Of a stretch of 64,000 nucleotides of DNA, positions 1 through 14,004 are shown piece after piece; the stretch's first letter is position 1, and each line of letters starts with the position of its first letter. Under the pieces are notes generated by a model. The model did not search any database. It was given only the letters and a program-made list of their open reading frames with translations, and was not told the DNA's origin. The translations under genes and the position numbers were made by a program. Source of the DNA: Haliotis cracherodii (taxonomy: Eukaryota); the NCBI RefSeq assembly GCF_022045235.1, contig NW_027266266.1:35464001-35528000 (forward strand). Reading direction: 5' to 3'.

Positions 1-967
1 TCCTGCGGTGGCCAACTCACTTGTTGGAGATTGCTTGAGTGCTTCCAGTTAATAGCAGGTTTATGCTCAGTCAGATGCCCCTCGTTGATAAGATAAAGAT
101 ATTAACTCTCTCAAAGTATAGATACTGCTGAATAGACTTGAAGTTTGTTAATATTTTTCTTCAAGATTTTTCTTGTTATTGAATAAATAATCTAGACATC
201 AATAAGTACCCAAGACATGTCTCAAGAGGTTTCCTTTCCTCCTGATTTTAACCTGGATATCAGTTTTACAGTTTAAACCATAATGTATCTTCAAGTGGAG
301 TCAGTTTTTGTGGGCATTATTTTATAGGAAAACTGTAAAATTTGTAAATATATGAATATTCTATTGTCATTTGTTTAATCATGGCTGCCGACATTATGGT
401 GGAGTGTCCAGCTTTATCCCACTATCCCTCACTATTTGTTAATCCTGCTAGTGAACTAGCTCCCCAGTGCTGCTGCTTGTGTCCAAGCTCTGTATACTCC
501 TGCTCTTACCAGTGTGTATATATATCGCCGTCAGTATAGCCAAGGTGCATATTTCCTGCTTGGTATTTATGATTGTATTTATTACATTAGTATCAGTGTA
601 GTAAGGGACAGTCTACAAAGCCTCATCTTGTATGCTGATGCTGTTTTACGTCTGATATGGTTTATATTTGCATTGCTGCTATCATTGATGCCTCATTGTA
701 ATACAAGATTCCAAAATATCAGTTTGGCTTCGTTCTTTTGTTGGCTTCACACAAAGCGTTTATATGGCACAACCATAGTGTTATATTCAGTGTTTTGTTG
801 ATGTAGTTTTCAGATATCAAGTATAATTTATCAATATTCATGCTGCTTACCTACAATGATACACGCAGGGTAACAGTCTCCAACTTGCATCATATCTTGC
901 AACCATCTGACATGTAGAGCTGATAGGCGACTGACACTCTGTTCAGGCTATGTTTAACTCAACCAAG

Positions 968-2778
968 ACCTGCATCATAGCCGTGATATACGCCTAATAC
1001 CTACATCATAGCCGTGATATACATCTAATATCTGCATCATAGCATTGATATACACCTAATACCTACATCATAGCCGTGATATACATCTAAAACCTGCATC
1101 ATAGCTGTGATATACGTCTAATACCTGCATCATAGCCCTGATATACGTCTAATACCTGCATCATAGCCGTGATATACGTCTAATACCTGCATCACAGCCG
1201 TGATATACGTCTAATACCTACATCATAGCCGTGGTATACGTCTAATACCTGCATCATAGCCGTGATATACGTCTAATACCTGCATCATAGCCGTATTGTA
1301 CGTCTAATACCTGCATCATAGCCGTGATATACATCTAATACCTGCATCATAGCCGTGATGTACGTCTCATACCTGCAGCATAGCCGTGATATACATCTAA
1401 TACCTGCATCATAGCCGTGATGTATGTCTCATACCTGCATCATAGCCGTGATATACATCTAATACCTGCATCATAGCCGTGATGTATGTCTCATACCTGC
1501 ATCATAGCCGTGATATACATCTAATACCTGCATCATAGCCGTGATATACATCTAATACCTGCATCATAGCCGTGATATGCATCTAATACCTGCATCATAG
1601 CCGTGATGTACGTCTAATACCTGCATCATAGCCGTGATATACGTCTAATACCTACATCATAGCCGTGATGTAGATTACCTTGTGTATTTTCGTCATAGCC
1701 GTGATGTACGTCTAATACCTGCATCATAGCTGTGATATACATCTAATACCTGCATCATAGCCGTGATGTATGTCTCATACCTGCATCATAGCCGTGATAT
1801 ACATCTAATCCCTGCATCATAGCCGTGATGTACGTCTCATACCTGCATCATAGCCGTGATATACATCTAATACCTGCATCATAGCCGTGATATACATCTA
1901 ATACCTGCATCATAGCCGTGATGTTCGCCTAATACCTGCATCATAGCCGTGATATACATCTAATACCTGCATCATAGCCGTGATGTTCGCCTAATACCTG
2001 CATCATAGCCGTGATATACATCTAATACCTGCATCATAGCTGTGATGTTCGTCTCATACCTGCATCATAGCCGTGATATACATCTAATACCTGCATCATA
2101 GCCGTGATATTCGTCTAATACCTGCATCATAGCCGTGATATACATCTAATACCTGCATCATAGCCGTGATATACATCTAATACCTGCATCATAGCCGTGA
2201 TGTTCGCCTAATACCTGCATCATAGCCGTGATATACATCTAATACCTGCATCATAGCTGTGATGTACGTCTCATACCTGCATCATAGCCGTGATATACAT
2301 CTAATCCCTGCATCATAGCCGTGATGTATGTCTCATACCTGCATCATAGCCGTGATATACATCTAATCCCTGCATCATAGCCGTGATGTACGTCTCATAC
2401 CTGCATCATAGCCGTGATATACATCTAATACCTGCATCATAGCCGTGATGTTCGTCTAATACCTGCATCATAGCCGTGATATACATCTAATACCTGCATC
2501 ATAGCTGTGATGTACGTCTCATAGCTGCATCATAGCCGTGGTGTACGTCTCATTCCAGCATCATAGCCGTGATATACATCTCATTCCAGTATCATCGCCG
2601 TGATATGCATCTAATACCTGCATCATAGCCGTGATGTATGTCTCATAGCTGCATCATAGCCGTGGTGTACGTCTCATTCCAGCACCATAGCCGTGATATA
2701 CGTCTCATTCCAGTATCATAGTCGTGATATACATCTAATACCAGCATCATAGCCGTGATATATGTCTCATACCAGCAT
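968..2778. repeat. 31-bp minisatellite (aatacctgcatcatagccgtgatatacatct)n, ~58 copies
   Basis: Direct 31-bp periodicity. Confidence 0.95.
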
Positions 2779-2824
2779 GATTGTGAGTTTTCCTCTTGCA
2801 TTCAGCTGTTACTTTATAATATCA

Positions 2825-3022
2825 CCTGTGGGATTGTCCTGGATAGAATACCCTTTGTTAGGTCGTAAGAGGCGACTTTTGGGATCGGACTTTGTTGTCT
2901 GCTTGTCATCACACACCGACGTCTCTGCTCATAATGTCAATCACTGGACTGTATGATTATTTACATATCATCGTCATAAATTTGAGTGATTGCTGAGTGC
3001 GGTGTTAAAAAACCAAACAAAG
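2825..3022 (+). mobile_element. SINE family 2 (diverged)
   Basis: gtcgtaagaggcgact...gctcataatgtcaatcactgga...ttgctgagtgcggtgttaaa. Confidence 0.65.
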
Positions 3023-3647
3023 CACCAGCAAATGATATGAGCCAGAATATACAACACACCTCTTCCATGCACTCACAAATCCATTCCTAGGTAAATGTTT
3101 ATATTATGACTCAAGTTGTTTATCTTGGGCAATATTCAATTTTTCAATTGTGTACAGACCGTCTGAAGTTTCAGTAGTATTTGTATGGCCTTATGAAATA
3201 CCCCTTGCCTGGTTATATTGATCTACAATATGTACATAAGATCTGCTAATGGATCCGAGGCGAATACAGAAAACTGCTACTGTACCTGCAGTAAAACTTG
3301 GTTGACTCCACGTTGTGGAGATCCTCGGACATAGTTCGAGTTATCCAGTGTTCCGTGCCCACAAGGGCCGTGTGAGGACAATTCATTAATGTAATCATAA
3401 TAATAATTGATTTATACAGCGTCTAACTTCCTATTTCAACAGCTGCTCGCAGGTGCTTGACAAGGGTAAATATGGAAACTTTGGTTGCATCTGGGATCTC
3501 CAGGGAGAATGAGCATTTCACCTTGTCTACCCTGGAAACGTCATCCGGTATACCACGATAATGGAGTCTATGAGGATTCACTGTTTTTTTTATTAACACC
3601 ACACTCTTTTGTATCCAAGTAACAAACAGAGGTATTTTGCTTAAGGA

Positions 3648-3990
3648 CATGTTCCCGAAGCAAGGGAGTTCGCCGACTACAAAAGTCCAGGTTCCTCTAA
3701 CGAGTCAATATATTGTCCAGTCAAAGCCGCGTAACGAAATCGACATCCGGGGTGTAAACTTCTGTGCAGATTTAGGTCGACTGCAGGATTTGCAGTATTT
3801 GTACCGTCAACAAGGCGTCATTTTGTTTGAAGCAAGTAATATGATCGATGGAATCTGAGTGGTCAATAGGAGAGTAAGGACATAACTAGTAATAGCCTCT
3901 GGTGGCGCTACGATAGTGCCACGGAATTCTAGCGCAGTTCGGCAAGGGTGGACTTTTTCATGTCAGTTAATCCCTTGTCTAGGGAAGATG
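3648..3990. mobile_element. Older, internally deleted copy of the 38170 MITE family
   Basis: Degenerate TIRs (catgttcccgaagcaagggagtt... / ...gttcggcaagggtgga...agggaagatg) and shared internal blocks gtcgactgcaggatttgca, ttttgtttgaagcaa and ggtggcgctacgat. Confidence 0.7.
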
Positions 3991-4187
3991 GCTTTGGGAA
4001 GGAGACACACCATGCCATTAACTCACGTCGGGACTGGGCAAAAGCCTGTAGGTGGTTTTGGACGGAAATGTCATACCTCGTGACCTCGAAGCCCCCTGGA
4101 CCACACATATATCGGGAAATAACCCTTGTTAATGAAATTTGGCAAAAGTCCATGTTTCAAATATAAAATACAATTTTAGAAATGTGG

Positions 4188-7100
4188 CTATTGTAGTGCG
4201 TCAGTAGTATGCCTGTAGTGCGTCAGTAGTGTGCCTGTAGTGCGTCAGCAGTCTGCCTGTAGTGTGTCAGTAGTGTGCCTGTAGTGTGTCACTAGTGTGC
4301 CTGTAGTGTGCCTGTAGTGCGTCAGTAGTATGCCTGTAGTGCGTCAGTAGTGTGCCTGTAGTGTGTCAGTAGTGTGCCTGTAGTGTGTCACTAGTGTGCC
4401 TGTAGTGTGTCAGTAGTGTGCCTGTAGTGCGTCAGTAATGTGCCTGTAGTGTGTCAGCAGTGTGCCTGTAGTGCGTCAGTAGTGTGCCTGTAGTGCGTCA
4501 GTAGTGTGCCTGTGGTGTGTCAGTAGTGTGCCTGTGGTGTGTCAGTAGTGTGCCTCTAGTGTGTCAGCAGTGTGTCAGTAGTGCGTCAGTAGTATGTCTG
4601 TAGTGCGTCAGTAGTGTGCCTGTAGTGTCAGTAGTGTGCCTGTAGTGTGCCTGTAGTGCGTCAGTAGTGTGCCTGTAGTGCGTCAGTAGTGTGCCTGTAG
4701 TGTGTCAGCAGTGTGCCTGTAGTGTGTCAGTAGTGTGCCTGTAGTGCGTCATTAGTATGTCTGAAGTGCGTCAGTAGTGTGCCTGTAGTGTGTCAGTAGT
4801 GTGTCAGAAGTGTGCCTGTAGTGTACGTGTCACTAGTGTGCATGTAGTGCCCCAGTAGTGTCGTCAGAAGTGAGTCAGTAGTGTTCCTGTAGTTTGTCAG
4901 TAGTGTGGCAGAAGTGTGCCTGTAGTGTACGTGTCAGTAGTGTGTAAGTAGTGTACCTGTCAGTAGTGCGTCAGACGTGTGTCAGTAGTGTACTTGTCAG
5001 CAGTGTGTCAGTAGTGTGTCAGCAGTGTGTCAGTAGTGTGTCACTAGTGTGACAGTAGTGTGACAGTATTGTACGTGTCAGTAGTGTACGTATCAGTAGT
5101 GTGTCAACAGTGCGTCAGTAGTGTGTCAGAAGTGTGACAGTAGTGTACGTGTCAGTAGTGTGTCAGAAGTGTACGCGTCAGTAGTGTGTCAGTAGTGTAC
5201 GCGTCAGTAGTGTACGCGTCAGTAGTGTGTCAGTAGTGTACGCGTCAGTAGTGTACGCGTCAGTAGTGTGTCAGTAGTGTACGCGTCAGTAGTGTGTCAG
5301 TAGTGTACGCGTCAGTAGTGTGTCAGTAGTGTACGCGTCAGTAGTATGTCAGTAGTGTACGCGTCAGTAGTGTGTCAGTAGTGTACGCGTCAGTAGTGTG
5401 TCAGTAGTGTACGCATCAGTAGTGTGTCAGTAGTGTACGCGTCAGTAGTGTGTCAGTAGTGTAAGTGTCAGTAGTGTGTCAGAAGTGTACGCGTCAGTAG
5501 TGTGTCAGTAGTGTAAGTGTCAGTAGTGTGTCAGTAGCGTAAGTGTCAGTAGTGTGTCAGTAGTGTACGTGTCAGTAGTGTACGTGTCAGTAGTGCGTCA
5601 GTAGTGTGACAGTAGTGTGTCAGTAGTGTTTCAGAAGTGCGTCAGTAGTGTGACAGTAGTGTGTCAGTAGTGTGTCAGAAGTGTGTCAGTAGTGTGTCAG
5701 AAGTGTGCCAGTAGTGTGTCAGTAGTGTACGTGTCAGCAGTGCGTCAGTAGTGTGACAGTAGTGTGTCAGTAGTGTGTCAGAAGTGTGACAGTAGTGTAC
5801 GTGTCAGTAGTGTGTCAGAAGTGTGACAGTAGTGTACGTGTCAGCAGCGCGTCAGTAGTGTGACAGTAGTGTGTCAGCAGTGTGTCAGAAGTGTCAGTAG
5901 TTTGTCAGTAGTGTGTCAGTAGTGTGTCAGAAGTGTGACAGTAGTGTACGTGTCAGTAGTGTGTCAGTAGTGTGTCAGTCGTGTGCCTGTAGTGCGTCAG
6001 TAGTGTGTCAGAAGTGTGCCAGTTGTGTACGTGTCAGTAGTGTCTCAGTAGTATGTCAGTAGTGTGTCAGTAGGGTACGTGTCAGTAGTGTCTCAGTAGG
6101 GTACGTGTCAGTAGTGCCTGTAGTGTGTCAGTAGGGTACGTGTCAGTAGTGTCTCAGTAGTATGTCAGTAGTGTGTCAGTAGGGTACGTGTCAGTAGTGT
6201 CTCAGTAGTATGTCAGTAGTGTGTCAGTAGGGTACGTGTCAGTAGTGTCTCAGTAGTATGTCAGTAGTGTGTCAGTAGGGTACGTGTCAGTAGTGCCTGT
6301 AGTGTGTCAGTAGTGTCTCAGTAGGGTACGTGTCAGTAGTGTCTCAGTAGGGTACGTGTCAGTAGTGCCTGTAGTGTGTCAGTAGGGTACGTGTCAGTAG
6401 TGTCTCAGTAGTATGTCAGTAGTGTGTCAGTAGGGTACGTGTCAGTAGTGTCTCAGTAGTATGTCAGTAGTGTGTCAGTAGGGTACGTGTCAGTAGGGTA
6501 CGTGTCAGTAGTGTCTCAGTAGTATGTCAGTAGTGTGTCAGTAGGGTACGTGTCAGTAGTGCCTGTAGCGTGTCAGTAGTGTCTCAGTAGGGTACGTGTC
6601 AGTAGTGTCTCAGTAGGGTACGTGTCAGTAGTGCCTGTAGTGTGTCAGTAGGGTACGTGTCAGTAGTGCCTGTAGTGTGTCAGTAGGGTACGTGTCAGTA
6701 GTGCCTGTAGTGTGTCAGTAGTGTGTCAGTAGTGCCTGCAGTATGTCAGCAGTGTCTCGGTAGGATACGTGTCTGTAGTGTCTCAGTGGTACGTGCCAGT
6801 AGTGCCTGTAGTGTGTCAGTAGTGTCTCAGTAGGGTAGGTGTCAGTAGTGTCTCAGTGGTACGTGTCAGTAGTGTCTCAGTAGTGTACGTGTCAGTAGTG
6901 ACTCAGTAGGGTAGGTGTCAGTAGTGTCTCAGTAGGGTACGTGTCAGTAGTGACTCAGTAGGGTACGTGTCAGTAGTGCCTGTAGTGTGTCAGTAGTGTC
7001 TCAGTAGGGTACATGTCAGTAGTGTCTCAGTGGTACGTGTCAGTAGTGTCTCAGTGGTACGTGTCAGTAGTGTCTCAGCAGGGTACGTGTCAGTAGTGAC

Positions 7101-7436
7101 TCAGTAGGGTACGTGTCAGTAGTGACTCAGTAGGGTACGTGTCAGTAGTGACTCAGTAGGGTACGTGTCAGTAGTGACTCAGTAGGGTACGTGTCAGTAG
7201 TGCCTGTAGTGTGTCAGTAGTGTCTCAGTAGGGTACGTGTCAGTAGTGTGTCAGTGGTACGTGTCAGTAGTGACTCAGTGGTACGTGTCAGTAGTGTCTT
7301 AGTGGTACGTGTCAGTAGTGTCTCAGTAGGGTACGTGTCAGTAGTGTCTCAGTAGGGTACGTGTCAGTAGTGTCTCAGTAGGGTACTTGTCAGTAGTGTC
7401 TCAGTGGTACGTGTCAGTAGTATGTCAGTGGTACGT
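4188..7436. repeat. Complex minisatellite built on 11-bp (cagtagtgtgt) and 15-bp (cagtagggtacgtgt) units
   Basis: Unit composition drifts along the array: 22-bp dimers, then 11/15-bp mixes, then 26-bp units. Confidence 0.95.
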
Positions 7437-7664
7437 CATCATGAAGACATGCTGATCCGTGGCCTACTGTGACTATGATCGTGCTCCGACTGCGAAGGAC
7501 GTTATTCAAGCTTTGTATTCCCTTTGACAGTCAGCGATGTTTCACAAGGTACCCAACCGACCTCTCCTTGGAATTATCTAAAGTCGGCTTATCATAAAAG
7601 AAAAACACCATCCACCCAGGCCCTGTTCCACGATCTATCCACGACTATCGTAAGTCTGTCTTAA

Positions 7665-8120
7665 AGGGCAGGTAAAGTGCAAAAAATGATTACGATTTTG
7701 TTGCGAATACCAATTTTCGAAGAAACATCTAGCCAATTTTCGAGAAAAGAAAATCATAATAGAATGTTTTTAAATGTCCAAGTGAAAGTGCTGACATCAC
7801 ACGCTACGTAATCGGCTTCCAAAACAAACCTTTGTGAGGGCGTGGCATCCTCAGTGTTGTTACTTAGGTGCTATAAGCTGTAAGTGGACAGAGTAATCAT
7901 GAGGATGAGCAGACAGATGAAGCAGAAGGAGGCAGACTGGGCGTCGGCCAGATTTTCATCATCTTTAAAATTGAGCAGAAAGGGGAATCCTCTCAGTGGC
8001 GGAATCTTTCGTTTTACGCTATTACCGTTTGTAAAATTAGAATTTGATCAAGCATTTGTGATTACGTATGCCCAAAAGTACTTATATTTGCAAAATTGCT
8101 ATGTTGATGTTACTGGCCCT
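7665..8120. mobile_element. Possible TTAA-flanked non-autonomous DNA transposon (Kolobok/piggyBac-type ends)
   Basis: TTAA|agggcaggtaa ... ttactggccct|TTAA: short imperfect TIRs with TTAA on both sides. Confidence 0.35.
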
Positions 8121-8261
8121 TTAAAGTGTCCCAGCACGGTCCCAACGGACACTACCTGCTGAACATTATAAGTTATAACCTTTAAAATTGAAATAGAAAA
8201 ACTTCACCAAAAGCTTTTCCCTGGGCCTAACACGAAGCATCTGAAAACCCACAAGAAGGAT

Positions 8262-8420
8262 TGAGTGAATGTTGTTTAACCTCGCAATCATATCCCAGCT
8301 ATATCATGGCTATATGTCAACCGTAACTGTATGGCAGCATGAGCAACGATCAACGTGCGCCTGATCCTCTTTAGTCGACTCTTACGGTAAACACATCTTG
8401 TCTTAACCCTCGAGCTGAAC
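8262..8420 (-). mobile_element. SINE family 2 fragment
   Basis: gttgtttaac...ccagctatat...atgagcaacgatc...ttagtcgactcttacg. Confidence 0.5.
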
Positions 8421-9334
8421 GTGAAGTACATCACTGTGGATTGTCAAGACACGACAGTGAGTATGAGTTTGACACTGTCTTCAAAAGTATTTCAGTTCGT
8501 TTTGGTGAACCAACGAGAACAGGTGCTGACAAACCTAGACACCTACTCAGGGCGAATCTGGAATTCGAACCAACGATCAAAGGTTTCTGGTGCGTCTATA
8601 GGACGCAACTCTGTACAGGGAATTGTGGCGCCTTAGACGACAGGGCCACCTGATCATGAGCCTCCTTGTGTGTATGAAGTCGTTTGAAAGAATTTACGGT
8701 CATCAGTACTACACTTTTTATAAGCCCTCTTGTTATATCGTGAGAGCCGTCTGTTGACGTTCAATGTATTTAGATATATAGTTGATCTACCTGACATGTA
8801 CAGACCACGGCCGTGCCGCCATGCAACTGTTGATCAAGTCACGCCCTGTCAGCGGTGTAGATTCATGATCAAATACTGCTCACCATTCTGCAGTGCAGGT
8901 GACCTTTCACGTGACGTGGATCCTGTAAAAGTCGGTATAGAGAGTGTATGGGCTATACATGTGGCCGATTTATTAACTAATGGTTGGAACTATACTGTAT
9001 TTAATGAGAGTATGAACTGTCTTATTTAACGTAAACGAAGTTCCAGAATATGAGATTTAAGACCTACCCTGCTCGCTATCGGGAGTTAAACAAAAGAGCA
9101 CTGCCAACAGATGTATCCGGTAAAAATTGATGTATCTGAATATATATAGAAAGAAAAGGGTATCTACATAATAGAACGGTGACCAATAATAAGGGCGTGG
9201 CGGCAGACGTGACACTTCCGTTACCCTCAGCTGTGAGGTGCTTAGGGAAACAAACGAAACATTAAAATAACTATTCGCATTTCGCTAAGTATGGTCGAGA
9301 TAGTTATGTGGGGTTTGTATCGGGTGGACGTGGC

Positions 9335-10050
9335 GTGAATTGTTGTGTGAGATGGTGGTCGTCATGATGACTTGGTAGGGTAGATGAGGCTGGGGATAGT
9401 TGTGTGAGATGGTGGGTGTCGTGATGACGTGGTAGGGTAGATGAGGGTCGGGATAGTTGTGTGAGATGGTGGGTGTCGTGATGACGTGGTAGGGTAGATG
9501 AGGCTGGGGATAGTTGTGTGAGATGGTGGGTGTCGTGATGACGTGGTAGGGTAGATGAGGGTCGGGATAGTTGTGTGAGATGGTGGGTGTCGTGATGACG
9601 TGGTAGGGTAGATGAGGGTCGGGATAGTTGTGTGAGATGGTGGTCGTCGTGATGACGTGGTAGGGTAGATGAGGGTCGGGATAGTTGTGTGAGATGGTGG
9701 TCGTCGTGATGACGTGGTAGGGTAGATGAGGGTCGGGATAGTTGTGTGAGATGGTGGGTGTCGTGATGACGTGGTAGGGTAGATGAGTGTCGGGATAGTT
9801 GTGTGAGATGGTGGGTGTCGTGATGACGTGGTAGGGTAGATGAGGGTCGGGATAGTTGTGTGAGATGGTGGGTGTCGTGATGACGTGGTAGGGTAGATGA
9901 GGGTCGGGATAGTTGTGTGAGATGGTGGGTGTCGTGATGACGTGGTAGGGTAGATGAGGGTCGGGATAGTTGTGTGAGATGGTGGGTGTCGTGATGACGT
10001 GGTAGGGTAGATGAGGGTCGGGATAGTTGTGTGAGATGGTGGTTGTTGTG
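9335..10050. repeat. 60-bp minisatellite, ~12 near-identical copies
   Basis: (gggatagttgtgtgagatggtgggtgtcgtgatgacgtggtagggtagatgagggtc)-type unit. Confidence 0.95.
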
Positions 10051-11416
10051 ACAGTTGGATTGGACGGTTGTTCGGACATTGGCCCCAGATGATGGCGTCA
10101 GGGCAACGAGTATGAGACAGTGGAACCAAAGAGTTGTTATTTCAACAGAATTTGGCAATGAATTTTGCTAGAGCTCTTGAAAACTCTTACCTATTTACAA
10201 CCCATGAATCTACTTACTTCACATTGTTTATAAAACGTCCAGGAACATGTGTAAATACTTACTTTCCCGGACACAGTAATGTAGTGAGCGTCGCTGACAT
10301 TTGCCCTCCGCGATTTGAGATGTGTCCCTGCGTGACCCCTGAAATGTGTTATTTACCAGAGAGTTGATCACCAGTTACCAGTGACCAGGCCAATAGCTGG
10401 GTAAAGGTCAGTGGGCAGTGTGTTTGACAGTCGTACAGGAGACTCGGGTTGGATTCAGAAAAAGGAATATAATTTGTGAAGAGAAATCTCATATACTGAC
10501 CTGAAACTCAAATCGCTCAGTGAAATAAAAAAAATACAGCTTAATATAATAAAATGAATTACTTTAAAGAATGTTAGTCCCAATTTTAAAGTTAATGTCA
10601 ATGCTGGCGATGATCTTTGCAATCATCGTAACGCCATTACCACCGAGGCGTGATAGGACGACTACAGCAGGCACAACGCCTATACATACCCCTTTGAAAT
10701 CTTAGGTCAAACAAAATTGTTTACGTAGCCGCCTCGGGTATCCAAACAAACACTACTTGGTCCCTAAACTAAGGCGGGGAGACTCAGAACCCTATCTACG
10801 GTCTACAGGATATACAAGGCCCTAAAGGTTAGTTACTTCTGTCCATTATTTTTTAATTCGGGTGTTGGAAGTTTACATTGTTGTGACTAATAAATATATT
10901 TAAAGATAATTTACATCTAACTCATCGCCCGTCCACGCTTCCCATGGTGATCTGAACGCAGCTGTACATGGTAAAGATATTTACGATCCACAGACAGGGG
11001 TATTTGTTTGAGTTGTCATAAAAACACAATTCATACCAGGTAATCCTTTAATAAAGGACACACATTAATCGGGACAGTACCGTTCAGGATTACCAAAGTT
11101 CCTGATCGTGGATCTGTAATAATACGCCGCTATAATAATGTTGACGTGGCCAGACGCATTCACCCACTGTCTCGTTGTGCGCTCCTCAACATTAACAATG
11201 CATACCTCCAACCAGAATCTCACTGACACACTGTGTGGAGCGAGGGTAGTTTTAGCGCAATTACTATTATATATTATCTGAACTCCCATTCTTGAGATGT
11301 ATCACCGCAAACAAGTCATATTCCTGTGTGGTTATGAAAATACATATTGCTATTCTCCTGAACGTGTATGTCCCTACGTCATCAACTTCTTGTTGTCAAT
11401 TTGTGCTTAGTAATTT

Positions 11417-11417
11417 T

Positions 11418-11467
<50 letters not shown>

Positions 11468-11735
11468 TTAGAAATATTATACTACGACTACTTCTGCTGC
11501 TACTACTACTACTGCGACTACTTCTGCTACTACTACCGCTGCTGCTACATCTACTGCTGCTGCCACTACTACTACTACTACTACTACTACTATTACTACT
11601 ACTACTACTATTAGAATTATTATACAGCGACTTCTGCTACTACTACTACTACTACGACTACTTCTGCTGCTACTACTACTACTGCGTCTACTTCTGCTAC
11701 TACTACTACTGCTGCTGATACTGCTACTGCTGCTG

Positions 11736-11772
<37 letters not shown>

Positions 11773-11777
11773 TACTA

Positions 11778-11814
<37 letters not shown>

Positions 11815-11848
11815 GTCTTCTTCTTCCTTTACTAATACTGCTACTACC
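11417..11848. repeat. Imperfect (CTA)n microsatellite
   Basis: Trinucleotide run abutting the gap. Confidence 0.95.
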
Positions 11849-12125
11849 TGTGACCATCCGGGTTTGNNNNNNNNNNNNNNNNNNNNNNNNNNNNNNNNNN
11901 NNNNNNNNNNNNNNNNNNNNNNNNNNNNNNNNNNNNNNNNNNNNNNNNNNNNNNNNNNNNNNNNNNNNNNNNNNNNNNNNNNNNNNNNNNNNNNNNNNNN
12001 NNNNNNNNNNNNNNNNNNNNNNNNNAGAATTGCTTGTCGTAAGAGGTGACTATCGAGGTCGGTGGACTGGTAACCAATATGCGTAGATCGATGTTCATGA
12101 TATCAATCACTGCATGGGTCGTATA
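11848..12125 (+). mobile_element. SINE family 2 fragment spanning the assembly gap
   Basis: tgaccatccgggttt[N]agaattgcttgtcgtaagaggtgacta...gcgtagatcgatgttcatgatatcaatcactg. Confidence 0.6.
11867..12025. other. Assembly gap (159 N)
   Basis: Run of n. Confidence 0.99.
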
Positions 12126-12369
12126 GCTGTTTAAGTCGTCTTAGGCGTCACAATTCGCTGTGCTGAGTGGCGTCCAATGATCACATCACTACTACTTCTA
12201 CTGCTGCTACTTCTTCTACCACTTCTATTACTGCTAATTCCACTGTAAAATTCTATAAGTCTAGGTTCTTGCATGGTTTGTTTTTACCATACTCGTGTAA
12301 GCGACCTAATATCATGACTGACTCACTCACTTTAACTGATCTGTCTCTCTTCCAGACGTGCACAACCTG

Positions 12370-13943
12370 ATGACGGCGTGGCGACTGTACCCGGGTCTCC
12401 CCTTCCTCGCCCTGCTGGTGGTGGCAGCCCTTGCACACCCCGACACGTGAGAACTCCAGCCCCCTGACATAAGTTAACACGAACACAAAGTACCATCTCT
12501 GTAACTGTCATCATCTGGGAGATGAAGCTGGGGGCATCCCGCCATTCCTCTTTACGAAGAAATTATATGTATGCGTCCTTGCGCATCAGGCGTGTCAGTT
12601 ACCTGACTGTGGGCAGTAAATACTTCATTCCTATTCATTACCTCTTCGTATTTAGTTCATGAATACAGCCAGCCCATGTCATACTAGCGACACGTCCCAG
12701 CAGCTCAGCTCTCGGCAACGTACCCGCCACGTTAACGTTACGCTATGTCAATGATAGGTAGAAGGTCGTTTTCACAAATAATGATTAATTTGTATGGCGA
12801 ACACTATTGGAGTTGCATCCCACAATCAGCCCAGTATTGATGGTGGTCGGTTCGAAGCTATGCTAAGACTGTAATTATGATTGTAGGTTCGTCAAGCTCG
12901 TGGGCTCCACCAAGGCTTAACTTTGGGCTTTCCTCCTACACCCTGATATAACTGCAATAATGTTCTAAGAGGGTCTAAACTCACTCTCACTAAATCCTTG
13001 AAAATCTTTCAGTGATGGTCTCTATTTATGGAGTGAACAGGGCATGGTTTTACATCACTTTTAGCAATATACGACCAATATCACGACGGGGGATACCAGC
13101 AATGGGCTTCACACATTCTGTCCATATGGGTAATCAAACCTGGGTCTTCGGCGAACGCTTTAACCAGTCGGCTACCCCACCGCCCGCTCTCTGTGTTACG
13201 TCAAATACCCAGTTAGACAGAGCAAAGCTGGACGCCATACACTGATTCCGTTCTCTAGAGGCTGTCGCATCGCTACGGTAGTGCTCCAGTATTAAGACTG
13301 CCTCCTCCGTGGTCTAATGGTAGAGCGTCCGCTCGGAGAGCGGAAGGTTGGGGGTTCGATCAGACCAAAGGCGTTAAAAGGTGGTACTTGTTGTTACCTT
13401 AACTGGCGCTCGACGTTAAGGGGCTAAAACAAGGTCTGGTCGGCTAGGAGTCAGTATACTGTGTCTGAGTGGGGTAATCATGTTAAATTGCGACATGGTA
13501 CCTCGGTGGAATAGCACTAAAAAATCGGCATTAGTCCAGACTAGTACAAGCAGCCACACACATACACGCACGTCGTTATATAAGTGCAATGCTCTTGGAC
13601 GCGACATTGAACCCTATTTCACCTCACCTCATTGCTATAGTCAATAACTAAACTTTAATGCTCGGAAATGGCTCACCATAACCCATCCTGCGAAAACCTA
13701 TAGTCCAGTATGTGCACCGACCTAAAGTTTTATTAATTGGCAGTATTAATTGGATTGCCAATTGAAGAGACATATCCCCTACTTAACATGAACAGTATAT
13801 GTTCCCCCAAAAGCCCGGTACAACGAGGTGTGATGTCTAAATTCCCGACCCTCAAGTAGCGAAGAGTAAGGGTGTCTGTTTTCAACTATCGTCAAACTAA
13901 ACTAAGCCATATTCCGCAAGATGTAATTGGTAGCTCGGAAACC

Positions 13944-14004
<61 letters not shown>

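Noticed and set aside
1-960. Possible decayed retroelement or exon at the left edge
   Set aside because: No recognisable motif or consistent reading frame could be supported.
11368-11857. Poly-Thr/Leu/Ser ORFs
   Set aside because: Translation of a (CTA)n microsatellite.
13300-13375. tRNA genes (also at 17434, 25855, 39845-40000 and 42672)
   Set aside because: The A/B boxes run directly into SINE bodies and no complete cloverleaf or acceptor stem is evident. These are SINE heads.
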